A stretch of 63,041 bases of DNA, the filler included, from Reticulomyxa filosa (lineage: Eukaryota; Protista; Foraminifera), in assembly GCA_000512085.1 (NCBI GenBank). It is 16 parts of 16 records of this genome, joined end to end, with 100 filler letters (N's around TTAATTAATTAA, not from the genome) between each part and the next. Parts side by side here need not be neighbours in the genome. Positions count along the whole stretch, not along the records: positions 23,198 to 31,101 come from ASPP01004478.1; positions 31,202 to 32,563 come from ASPP01014164.1; positions 32,664 to 38,999 come from ASPP01004646.1; 13 more parts are not named here. The stretch is one strand, 5' to 3'. The notes beneath the pieces are model-generated. The model was not told where the DNA came from. It ran no database searches and worked only from the letters and a program-made list of their open reading frames with translations. Below, piece by piece: positions 26,101 to 37,518 of this stretch (positions are counted from its first letter, which is position 1; each line of letters starts with the position of its first letter). Made by a program: the position numbers and the translations under genes.

Positions 26101-28035
26101 TCTTTGTCTCCGTTTTCGTTTTTTTCTCCTCGTTTTCATTTACTTCTGATTCTTCCTCGCTTTTTTGATACCATCCAAAGATCTTTCGTCATTGTTTCTG
26201 TTCGCGGCCGAGTGTCTTCATCACATCGTTTTTCACGAGCCAAGTCTTGCAAATTTGAAGGATGAGATTTTTCCAAATGGTGCATCTCTTATTTGAACTG
26301 TTCTTTTTGCCCAACACTTCGACCCGGTCTTTCTGCAATGATCCTTTGTTGATAAGCACTTTCCATGCTTTTCACTCATTATTATGTTTGCCCGTAACGT
26401 CGACAAGCAAGATTCACTGCTTTCGGTACACTGTATTGAAACACGCGCAAATATGATAACACAAGGTAAGCATATTCTTTTTTACTGTTGTTGTGAACTT
26501 GGAGTATTTCTTCAATCATGACTATCGATCCACCAGTTATCGAGTTCAGGTCCCGTTTCTCGCAGCCACTAAAGTCAGTACGCCAACCCATTTCACGACA
26601 CTTTTACGAACACGACTGCCAACTTTGACGTTTTTGCTTCTTGTGTCAGCCCTATCACGGCAGCCCTTGGTAACTCCCACGACATGGAATTTTCTGTCAT
26701 GTGCCCCTTTATCCGTCATGACCCCTTTATCTGTCATGTGCGCCCTTTATCAATTGATCAACTCCAAAATCATCATTTCATCGCATTTGCTAAATCCAAT
26801 GAATTTGACGTCGCTTCGTTTTGCCATGGATCATTTTTACTTTGTCGTCGACTTTGCAAGCTTGTACGAACTGGAAGCGGGACTGGACTCCGTCGTACTG
26901 ACCCAAGTCCAAGCAGCAAAACACACTCAATGCATCAGGATCTGTCTTGTCAATGTGAATGGACAGAAATGCTTAAACTCAATTATTTGAAGATGCCCGC
27001 CACTCGTCCAGCTCAATGGCAATGGCAATTTGATCTTTGGAATAATGAAACAAACGGCCCCAATCGCACCGTCTTGTTCGAACATGGTTTATTATTAAAT
27101 GCATTTGGGTCAATCGTTCATGGACATAATCTGATTGATTTCACAGCCAAACAATAGAACACATTTTCTTCATTCACTAACAAGTATTTCTTCTATTTCT
27201 TTTAATATTGTTATACATTGTACCTTCATCGTTGTTTTTCTTGTATTATTACAGACAAGAAATAACACAAAAACAAATACTAATAATTTTACTAGTGCCG
27301 TTGCCTAGGTATTCCAATGAAACGCAACTCCGTCTTTGCACATGCTGTTCGCATTTGCTATCACAAATTTCCGTCATTACTGACAACGATCACCATGTAG
27401 ATTCTTTCTGGTCGAACAGAGAATCCGGCCTTTGCCAGCGGTAAAGTACCTCTTGTTGATACCAATTGTCCAATCGCATCAGGCTCACTTTTATCCGGAA
27501 TTCTTTTGCCATAAAAGCTTCCAATCAGCACATCAATACTTTGATTTGAACACGCTGCCTGTCTTCGATTTTGATGTGATTTTTTTTGCGTTTTGGTCCC
27601 ATCTTTTCAGTTTCGACTTGTGCTCATCCAAAAACTTTTCATTACATTGACACAACATCCATATCCTTCAGGTATCAAGTATTTTTCTCCACGCACGTTA
27701 CCGCTCTGCTAGTTTGGATCACACAGTCGAAGATCAAAACCGCAATTTCCTTGAGTGAAAACTTAATATTACCAATGAATACCACGTTTCCTTTTTGCTA
27801 TCATGTGGTCACGTGATCTTGCCCTTCAAGTACTTGCCCAAACTGGCCATGTCAAATTTTTCAAAGACAATATATCATTGCTTTCATTTTCATCTTCATT
27901 GGCTTCAATTCCACTGACTTCAGTCGACGACCAATTATAAATAAAATAATAAACATTTTTCGGTCGCCAAAGCTGACCAACTACAAAAACATAATATTGC
28001 CAATGTCGTCTCTTTGTCGAGAACGACATCACCTT
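23198..28035 (-). pseudogene. Large degenerate gene with about 10 tandem CAP-Gly domains plus an unidentified C-terminal region
   Basis: Minus-strand relics: KGNVVFIGNIKFS..SGNVRGEKYLIPEGYG (27640-27830); RLDNWY/INKRYFTAGKG/GFSVRPE (27410-27575); IAIELDEW (about 27000-27090); VKFIGFSKCDEMMILEL..KGAHD (26700-26840); KVGSRVRKSVVKWVG/TDFSG/GPELDNW (26500-26630); KLHSGGTTSVIKYIGYPPF/GTFVKR (25530-25770); GYIKYIEDICKGEMYGIEINMW (25010-25160); AIRFINTTHFATDEQIVVKWHDGWDKNNGAHKGIR/YFTCPPKR (24720-24860). Many stops and frameshifts. Confidence 0.8.
26695..26751. repeat. Three imperfect tandem 18-20 bp units
   Basis: tgtcatgtgcccctttatc / cgtcatgacccctttatc / tgtcatgtgcgccctttatc. Confidence 0.9.
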
Positions 28036-28329
28036 CTTTGAACAGTGCGCTCATGCGCATCTCCAATTTATTTTTTTTCATTTTACTACACTTTTTTTTT
28101 CTTTTTTATCTTTTTTATCTTTTTTATCTTTTTTTATCTTTTTAATTTTTTTTTCACTAGTATTTTTTTTTCTTTTTTCAACATTTTTTGCTCTTTTTAT
28201 TTTTTATTTTCTCATTATTCTTTTTTTTCATTTTTTTAAATAAAATTTTTCGCAAATTTTTTTTTCACTTTTCCCCCCTTTTTCCATCCCTTTTTTCACT
28301 TTATTTTTTTCCCACATATTTTCCCTATC

Positions 28330-29036
28330 CCTCTCATCTTAAATAGAAAAAAAATAAAAAATAAAAAACTTTACAATATTTTCTTGATCTTTTTCCTATA
28401 AATACATCACAAATTAAAATATTTTTTTATTTTTTAAAGAAAAAAAACAAACTTTTGATTTGGAGCTAAAAGCTCTAATTCCAATCTCCTATAAATTTTT
28501 CTTTTGTAATGGGTAGGGACAAACAAAATTTTTTGTTGATGGGGGCATGCCTATTGACAAACACACAATCATTTGATAAAAAAAAAAAATGAAAAATAAA
28601 AAAAATAAAAAATACAAACTCTTTCATTTTTTTTATAATGCTGGGTGGCTTCAACCCCGAAATTTTTCTTTGTAGTTAGTGGGGATTTGGATATACAAAA
28701 TTTTTTTTTGAACAGACTGGTTGAGGCTGTTAATGAAAAAACAAACAAAATTAATTTGTCAAAAAAAAATAAAAAATAAAAAATAAAAATATAACAAACC
28801 TTTTGTGCTCCTTGCGGAGACGGGGGGCCTTACCCCGTATTCAAATTTATTTTTTTCTCTTGGTGAAAGATGCAAAGCATCCAAACAAGTCATCTTTTTT
28901 TTTTATAAGAGTCTGCGGTCTGTTCAAAAGAAAAAAAACAAAATCACTTGTTTAAGTTGAAAAATAATTTAAAAAATAAAAAAGACATACCAGTGTTGTG
29001 GTAGAGTGCAAATATCACCCTAATTACGGGCTGGTG
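28330..29036 (-). pseudogene. Series of short exons separated by GT-AG introns, possibly the 5' part of the CAP-Gly gene
   Basis: Minus-strand introns GTATGT..TTGAACAG (28990-28920), GTTTGT..TTAACAG (28799-28727) and GTTTGT..CAATAG (28619-28551). The spliced frame reads HQPVIRVIFALYHNTDRRLL*KKKMTCLDALHLSPREKNKFEYG...RRLELELLAPNQK, with one stop. Confidence 0.5.
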
Positions 29037-30086
29037 CTAGAGAAAGACAACCAAAGAAAAAAAAAACCCTTTTTTTCTTAAGTAAGACTTAAACGCACAA
29101 CTTATAAATGTTTATTAAAAAGATGTAAATTTGCAATTTTTTTGAATATTTTGACAAAACAACGAAAAATAATTGTTAAAATTTTTATATATTATTTCAT
29201 TTGTGGTTCTACAATTGTGATTCCAAAGACAGATAATTGAAAACTGTAATTGTTTTTTTTGGAATAATTATTACTTTTTCTTGAGTAGTGACTTTTCTCT
29301 TCCAAAGAAAAAGTTTTCCCTTTTTAGAAAAAGTTCTTTTGGACATTACGAATGTGGTTTGGCTCTTCTATCTTCAAACAACCCAACAAACCAAACGTAT
29401 ATAACATGAAGCTCGCTCTCTAGTATTTCTTCTCCAGTGCAATCCTCTGCAAAAATGCCGAAAAAGAAAGAAGTCCTCGTGCACCACTTGATACTCTTGC
29501 TATTGCTTTGCGATCACGAAAAATCCACACACGAAACACTATACAATAATTTAGATGTTTTGATGACATTATGACTTTCATTGTCATCGTTGCTGGCCTC
29601 TTCTTCATTTTCATCTTTTTCACCATTTCATTCGTATATTTTTTAACTATTGTTTTATTTTCATATTTTTATCATTTTCTTCTCCCTTCTTTTCTTTTTC
29701 TTTATCGTCTTCTTGTCTTTTCTGTTATACATATTATTCTTGTCATCTGTCCTACATGACAGCAAGAGGATACTCTCGAGATCTTTTTTGCCGAATAGTG
29801 GCAAGAATCAATTCTTATTTCGTGATTTGACTTAGTTTCATTTGTTACATATGCACATACATCATAACGTAAATTTTTTAATGCCATGTATATGCAAATG
29901 ATAATTGTACGCACATTTGATATTGCTTTTTGTTTTCTCTCTAAAAAAATTGCGAATATAGAAATAGATAAATAAATAGTCGAAACTCTATTGGAATTGT
30001 AAGATAAGACTTGATATACAAACTATCGTACAGTGATAAATCACTCTAGCACAACAGGGCAAATTTTAACCTAAAAAGTGTAAATA

Positions 30087-30872
30087 ATGGGAAATTCAAA
30101 TAGAACAATGAACAAAAAATACCAATGATATTCGAATATTATGTCTTGGAGATTTCTTGACAGCAGGATATTATAGAGACTCCATGCCACCATTCGAAAT
30201 CAAGCATTCCCTTACGTGACAACACTGCAACAACTTTGTGATGACGAGACGTTTTCGCGTGTTTGTATCAATCATGGTATTGACAGGGACAGGTTAAATT
30301 ACTTGCAACAACAAGGTGGTGACCAGTGATATTTGTTATATCAACAAATAACTAAAACAAACAAATGCAGAGCAGCTAATATGAAAAGTCGCTTAGAAAA
30401 GTTATTTAGTGACGAAAGCAAATGGAATTTGGCAATAATATTAGCAGGAACAAACGATTTAGCATTTGAGAGGGATTATAAAAAAATTTGTGATGCCTTG
30501 CTTGAAGTGCATCAAACGGCATGGAAGCACAGCTGCTATACAATTTCTATGACAGTCCCAGAAAGCGACGATGCCAATGAAAACAAACAATGTATTACAC
30601 GCAGAAATTCAGTAAACGATTACATCAGATCAGAGATTGGCAATCGTAATGAATACCCATATGCCTTTGCTGTATTCGATTTGAATGTGAAAGTGCCTTA
30701 CAACAATTTTAAACATAACTATCTTACCAAAGATGATGTTTGGTCTTTTGGTGATTTCCACTTTGCACCTCAAGGGTATCAATTAATTGGCAGACTTTTG
30801 TTTCAAGATTGTATCAAACCATTTCTTGAATCTCAAAGCAAAAGCAATATAAGCTCTTCAGCAGCTACTTGA
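30087..30872 (+). pseudogene. SGNH/GDSL hydrolase, frameshifted, with the nucleophile Ser lost
   Basis: Block I reads IRILCLGDFLTAGY (GDS changed to GDF), block II INHGIDRD, block III IILAGTNDLA, block V WSFGDFHFAPQGY. Two frameshifts lie between 30110 and 30215. Confidence 0.75.
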
Positions 30873-31201
30873 CATTTTGGAGTTGTGTGAAGTGTGTCAT
30901 TTCTAAAACGAAATTGTAAAGATTCTGATGCCGTTTGTCTGCTGCAAAGCTGTCTCTGCCAATTTTCGAATTTCGTCTAAGTTTGTTTCTTTAATCTAAT
31001 TTTTGCCTTCTCCAATTCAGTTTGTCAATATTGCAAAAGAATACACCACTAATAAGCGGATCCAATTTTCCACTCTTTCAATTTCTAAGTTTTGCACTAA
31101 CNNNNNNNNNNNNNNNNNNNNNNNNNNNNNNNNNNNNNNNNNNNNTTAATTAATTAANNNNNNNNNNNNNNNNNNNNNNNNNNNNNNNNNNNNNNNNNNN
31201 N

Positions 31202-31378
31202 ATTCGTTTTTGGGATATTCGATCAAATAAGAAAGAATTGTATATAATTAAAGGAAATGAAAAAGAAAATTGTGGAATATTATGTATTAAATTTCTACAA
31301 ATAAAAAGTAGTTATAGTGATTTTGATATTAATATGTGTTATGGTTCAAGCAATGGTTATATTTGTATTTGGGGATAG
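31202..31378 (+). CDS. C-terminal end of a WD40-repeat protein
   Basis: IRFWDIRSNKKELYIIKG...GILCIKF...NMCYGSSNGYICIWG*, open from the contig start. Confidence 0.85.
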   Translation: MRFWDIRSNKKELYIIKGNEKENCGILCIKFLQIKSSYSDFDINMCYGSSNGYICIWG

Positions 31379-32663
31379 CATTATTTTTCCAACAATAAAA
31401 AATTATCGAGTGACTTAAATAAAATAACTTTCGAAACTGATTGCATATACTCTGACTGCAATTGTCAGAATAAACTACTTGTCAAAGTCAAATGAAATAC
31501 AATCTTTAAATAACAATTTTTCTGTGCAAAAATCTAAATGAATTTGTGTGATATGAAAGTTTTTGTTTAATCAAATTTTGATTGATGAATTTAGTGAAAC
31601 ACAAGAAATACACAATTCGACGGCTTTATATGTGATATGTGCAAATGGCGAGAGCATTGTCTTTATGCAATGCTTGTGTTGCTAATGTTATTTATTTAGC
31701 TGTTGTTATTTCTATATTTTTTCTTGCTGCTAAATTTATTCAAACTTCGTGCATCCGAACGCCAGCCACGTGTTGTTTCCGCAATAAGTAGATTGTAGGA
31801 TTTATTGTTTCTTTCGCAATTTGCATGTACTTGTTGATATTGCATGGCAGAATTGTTTGTTGCAATGTAATATCATCGCAAAATACAAGTTTTGTAGTCC
31901 ATGAAGCAATATCTGTTGCATCGGCGAGTAAAACTGTAAAAAGAGCTCAGATAAGAGGATCCTAAGTTTTAAAATCAATAACAGTTCCATCTTTGAGACA
32001 AAGTGGAACATATACTGAGTAGCAATTGCAAACGCCGTAAATTGGGGGACTAACGCAGTTGAAGGTACTTTGAATATATATCTTGACAGCTACATCAGTT
32101 TGTCTTTCACATAACTCACGATTGCTTTAAAGCTGTAGGGGAATGCTCCATGATGGCTTTCAAGTCAATTATAGATTTACTCCACTTATTCAAGTATATT
32201 TTTGACATATTACTTAGATAGTATTGCTGCGGCAGACATTTTGAACAAAGACTATATTGCAACGGGTCCGTGCATTCAGTAGGGCTTGGCGATCAATATG
32301 AGCATAGCTCCAGAAACAATCGGGAGTGCTTCGTAGCAAACTTAACAGTCAATTATTATTTGTAAAATATTGGCCCAATTTGATATGTCTTGTGTTTCGG
32401 CTTCATATTGCAAGAGGTCAATTAGATATTGTGCTTCGAAGAGATAAACATTTCCGACTAGAATACAGTATATTACAAAAAAAACTGCAATACCTAAATG
32501 GCACTATATGAAAAGAATCGATTTTCTCAATGAAAAATAAAGATTTAAACCTAATTTAAAAATNNNNNNNNNNNNNNNNNNNNNNNNNNNNNNNNNNNNN
32601 NNNNNNNTTAATTAATTAANNNNNNNNNNNNNNNNNNNNNNNNNNNNNNNNNNNNNNNNNNNN

Positions 32664-33711
32664 CACCACCACCACCACCATTGGCAATGATAATAATAAT
32701 GATAAAACCAAAAAAGGAAATAACAATGCACCCAAGGATTTGTTAAGTGAAGGCGAACTCGATTTCGTCGGCAATGCCAAAGCTGAACCCCCCATCACTT
32801 CGAGTAATGCCATCACGGCCACAGCGTCCGCTACCTCGAACTCCACGCAGGGAGGCGATTTGCTGGACTTTTTGAACATGGGCGGAGACGACTTTTCCGT
32901 GATGGCGGCCACGGCTCCTTCGACGTCGGCCAACTCGTCGTCGACGCAACAAAAGCCTGTGCAACAACTCGAACAAGATCGCAAGCTGTGGCGTAAACTG
33001 TTCCTGATCAGCTCGTCCGTGCTGTACGAAGATAACTTGTTGCAAATCGGAGTCAAGTCGCAAGTCGAGCCCGATGCTGGCGTCATGAAACTAATCTTGT
33101 TCTATGGCAACAAGACTGCTGCTCCTTTGCAATCCGTATCCGTAAAGCTGAACAACGTCGAGGGGGTCGAGTTTGAACTGAGTCCCTCCGACTCTTTTGA
33201 CGTGGATGCCCAACAACAACAACAGCAAAAGTGTCGCATTTCGCTCATACAGCCGCCAACAGCCATTCCCACTGCCCAGATCTCGTTCGTCTCCAAAGGA
33301 CAGCCATACCAAATCAATGCTCAGTTCCCTGTCATTGTCACCAAGTTCTTTTCCGCGTACAGCTTTGACGGTGCGCAGTTCCGACAGAGATGGGAACAGG
33401 TGCCCAAAGAAGACAAGCTGGTCATTCGAATCGGTGGAGAAAAAGTCAGTCTGGCCGATGTCAAAAAGTTCCTTGTCGAACATTTGAACATAGCTTTGAT
33501 CGATGGCGTCGATAAGAAACCCGAAAACTTTGTCGGCTGCTCGCGACTTACCTTTGCCTCCAAGCGACAGGGCAAAAATGTCACCTTCCCCGTCTTGCTC
33601 CGCATCGAGGTTAATGAACCCAAACAGGCCATTCGAATCACTGCCCGAACTCCTCATGAAGCTGCCACCAAAGCTGTTCTACAGGCTTTTCAAAGTATTT
33701 TTGAAAACTAA
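32664..33711 (+). CDS. AP2A: AP-2 complex subunit alpha (alpha-adaptin) hinge and appendage domain, 5' truncated
   Basis: VLYEDNLLQIGVKS, LILFYGNKT, QQQQ, FPVIVTKFF, FRQRWEQ, GVDKKPENFVGC and LLRIEVN match the alpha-adaptin C2 and platform subdomains. Confidence 0.9.
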
Positions 33712-34602
33712 CATTGTGCTACACGAGAGAGAGTGGAAAAAAAGGCCATTTCAAAAAAAAAAAAAAACATGTGTTTATTTTGAAAGACAAGAAAAATTTG
33801 TGAGTTGGTTTTTTTTTGTTTTGTTGCTTGTTTTTTTTTTTTTTGAGAGTTGAAAGAAAATTTTTTGCTTGGTGACATTGTGTATTTCCCAAAAAAAAAA
33901 AATACGGGTATTCGAACATGGGACACTTATCTACAATTAAAAATGATGTGTTCGTAGCATTTAAAAATTGTCTTTAACGTGTAATTGATTTGGATCTTCT
34001 GCAAAAAAAGAGAGACAGAAGCCATTTCATTTACTTTTTTTTTTTTTTGCAAAGATAAAAAACTAGTACTTGAAAGTGAGTGTTGAAATGCTAGCTTGCA
34101 TATTATTGTAAGTATACACTTTTGATCTTGTTACGTACATTCCCTATCAAATCATAGTCGTTTGTCTAGCATAGTATTAATGGACAGATACGCTTGCTGA
34201 ACAAAAGCCAGAGCAACAAATACATTTATTTCCCGTTGTTATCGTAGGTTAGAAAATATCTTGATCACAAATTGAAAGCTCGAACATTTTCATGAGTAAT
34301 AACAGAGTTAAAAACAAAGTATCTAGCAAACATGTAAATACAAATCATTATTTACAAATGGATTGTTTTTGTTTTAAGATAAAGTCTTTGTTTTTGCGTA
34401 AAAATCTTTCTTGTGAGTTTCACTTTGTGTATATTTTAGCAATAGAGCTTACGTTGTAGTGTTCACAAAAAAAAATCACTACCACAAGCAAAGAACTTTC
34501 CTTTCGGAAACCACTTTTGTTTTTTTTTTAAAAAGGAGACACAAGTTTTTCAAAAAAAAATTAAATTTTTTTAGCATTTTTTTGGAGTTAAAAAAAAAAA
34601 CA

Positions 34603-36108
34603 ATGGCACTCTCAACTCAAGAAATAGAAGTAGAATATGTGATATATCCAAAAGACGGGAAAAAGTCAAAGTTTACAGCAGTAGCAGTGTCACCACTGAA
34701 GCTTGACGCAAAGGACCCGAGACTGCAAGATATCTGTATATTTTCTCAGTTTCCGCTGAAGGAATGTGAGCGTATCGGAACACTGGTATACAGCGAGACA
34801 AAGAAGAACGAAGGTCCATTGCAATGGAAGTACCTGTGCAATGGGAAGACGACGGACACGAAGAACGTGCACTTATTTGACATTGAGTACCTGAAGCCCT
34901 ATCTGGACCTGAAGTCGGCCGAATACGCGCACTGTCCACTCTGCAAGAGCGGCATTTACGAGGAGAAGAAGGAGCACGTGGAGGAGTTTGACATTGATAC
35001 GATGGAGCAACTCGTGCAAAAGCGTGACGAGGCAAAGACTGCTAATGATTTGATGCTTCAACTGTTTCAAGTTTTTACATAGATACATATATATGTATAT
35101 ACATATATATGTATGTACATATATATGTGTATGTATATGTAATTGAATTTTTTTTTTTTTTTAAAAAAAAAAAGGGGGAGGGGGTTTTGAACCGCGCGCA
35201 TGCGCGTTTTCGCGTGTTTGTATTGACAAAAAAAAAAAAAAAAAAAACTGGGGTTTGGAAAATAGGAACAACTGATAGTGGAGAAGGCATGCAGCGAGAA
35301 ATGGGACCCCTCGGTGAACAAGCGGCGTATCGACCTGAACGAAAAGCAGTTGATAGAGACGCTGCAGCACTGGCAGTCGATAAAGAAGATAGACGAGTTC
35401 CGACCAAAGTTGCTGCAAAGTATTCGCACAGCAATGGAGAAGGATATATCAAACGTAGTGCGACTAATTTTGAATCATAGTGGATACAACTACAATAGCA
35501 ATAGCAATAGTATTATCAGTGCGAATAATAGTCATGATATGGATGACGAGCGAAAGACAGAGCTGTTGGCATTGGTGAACTACGGATGTTCGGTAGAGGC
35601 GTATGACTGCGTGGAATGCATCTTCAAAATACAAAAGAAACTACCCATCGAACAACGACCGACGTGTCTGGCTAATGCCATCAAGACGGGCAATACGGAT
35701 CTCATGGAACTCGTACTCAATTATCTTAAGTCGCTCGATCGCATGTTCACGTGCGATGAGTGCTTCGCGCAGTGCATCAAGTCCGACAATGTCACCATGG
35801 CCAAAGACATACTTCTGCTGCGCTGGCACAAACCCAGAGACGAGGACTACCAACTCGCTGAACGCATGGACAATGCCGTGTGGGCCTTTCTGTCCGAACG
35901 CAGACATGCCACGGCCATCATCTCCACTGCCGCCGACTCGTCTCAGGACTTGCAGTGGGATGATGAAGAGTGGGATAATGATGACGAGTGGGCTGATGAT
36001 GACGCACAAAACAACGTCGTCGTCGGTAAACAAGATACCGCTGCTGATGCTGATTTTGATGCTGATGCCGATGCCGATTTTGAGACAAAGGATGATGAAG
36101 ACTTTTAA
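34603..36108 (+). CDS. Two-exon hypothetical protein with a CxxC motif, degenerate ankyrin-like repeats and an acidic tail
   Basis: Exons 34603-35070 and 35266-36108 join in phase 0 through a GT-AG intron. Motifs CPLCKSG, RTAMEKDISNVVRLILN and LANAIKTGNTDLMELVLN. Confidence 0.7.
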
Positions 36109-37518
36109 CACACTTTTTACACGTACAATACATGCAATACCTTTGTTTGTTCATTTCTACTATTGTTGTTTTGTTTGTTTGCAGTTTTTTTTTACAAAGA
36201 AAGGGGGGGGGGAAGAAGAAAAATAACATTTTTTTCCCCTCCCCCCCCCTTCTTTTAAAATGTTCCTTTTTTTTTATAAACATTTTCCTTTTTGCAATTG
36301 ACAAATGCTAATGCTTCAAAAAAAAAAAAAAAACACTCCATTCTATCGTGTTCTGACCCTGGTGGTGAAAAGGACTTCAACTTTATTCAAAAAATTCTTT
36401 TTTTTTGTAGTGATTTTTGTTTTTTTTTTCCGCTTTTTTTTTACTTGGTCAGTGTTGCGCGCTCGCACTCAAACGCGTTTATCCTTTGAGGGAGAAGACA
36501 CGCCCTTGACAGTATATTTTCAAACGAGAATAGGTTTGAAGAGTTTCAAAGGGAGGAAAAAAAAACAAAACAAGTAGAGAGCGAGCTCTTGTATTTTTTT
36601 TTGGAAAATTAATACTTGACACTTTCTTGACCTGGGTAGTGCATCTCTCACCAAGACGAGTGTGATTCGGAATTCGTGACAGATAATATCCACTGTTTTA
36701 TGCACGTAAAATTTTCTTGTTTAAAAATCACAGCAATGCAATTTAAAACTTTAATTAATATAAGAGAATGAAAATTCAGCAATCTTTGCATCGCAGTGAT
36801 ACAGTACAATTATGAAGAAAAAAGGTACTAAAAAAAAAGGTAAAACTTGAAAAATTCAGTAAATGGGAGAAAATATCCAGAAAAAACTGGCCACTTAAAA
36901 TCTGCATGTACACAACTCGCTGTTCATGAATGTGATTGTGTCCTGTATGCCGTTTGTTTCAAAATCAACGAAAACTTTTACAATTTTGGTGTCCTAAAAG
37001 TCGCGTACTACAGCTGTTGGGCTTAGCAATGTGAAAACACAGAGAATGATGATATAGAATGCAAAAGTAGAAATAAAAATTGAAAAATACAAATGTCTAG
37101 ACAGTGGTAAATATATCTAACAAATTACGTTCCTAAAATAAGATTTTGAACTATTTGATTGACCTGAATCCCAAGAAAAAAATAATTGACAAAAAAAAAA
37201 GATAACAAATAAAAATTGGTGAAATAAATTTCTTTAAAGCTTATTGAGCAAATACAAGCTACACTAATAATATTAAATTTACATTAGCTAAAAAAATACT
37301 AATGATTTTTACTTTAAAAAAGAGCATTTTTTTATAAGCGGAAAAGTCACACACTGTTGTATTGGTATTCAAATGCTTATCTCGATTAAATGACAGCAGA
37401 CTCAATGAATATATGATCACTTGACGCTAGTTGTTGGTGTGCCCCTTTTGGACAAATTAACAAAAAAAATACAAATAACATTTTGTTTGAATTTTGGAAA
37501 AGCATTATCAGAAAGGAA

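Noticed and set aside
28440-29060. Structured ncRNA (RNase MRP/P, telomerase RNA with caccctaa, or snoRNA cluster)
   Set aside because: The GC-richer islands are bounded by minus-strand GT-AG introns and splice into a nearly open frame. No complete P4 pseudoknot or template of 1.5 repeats was found.
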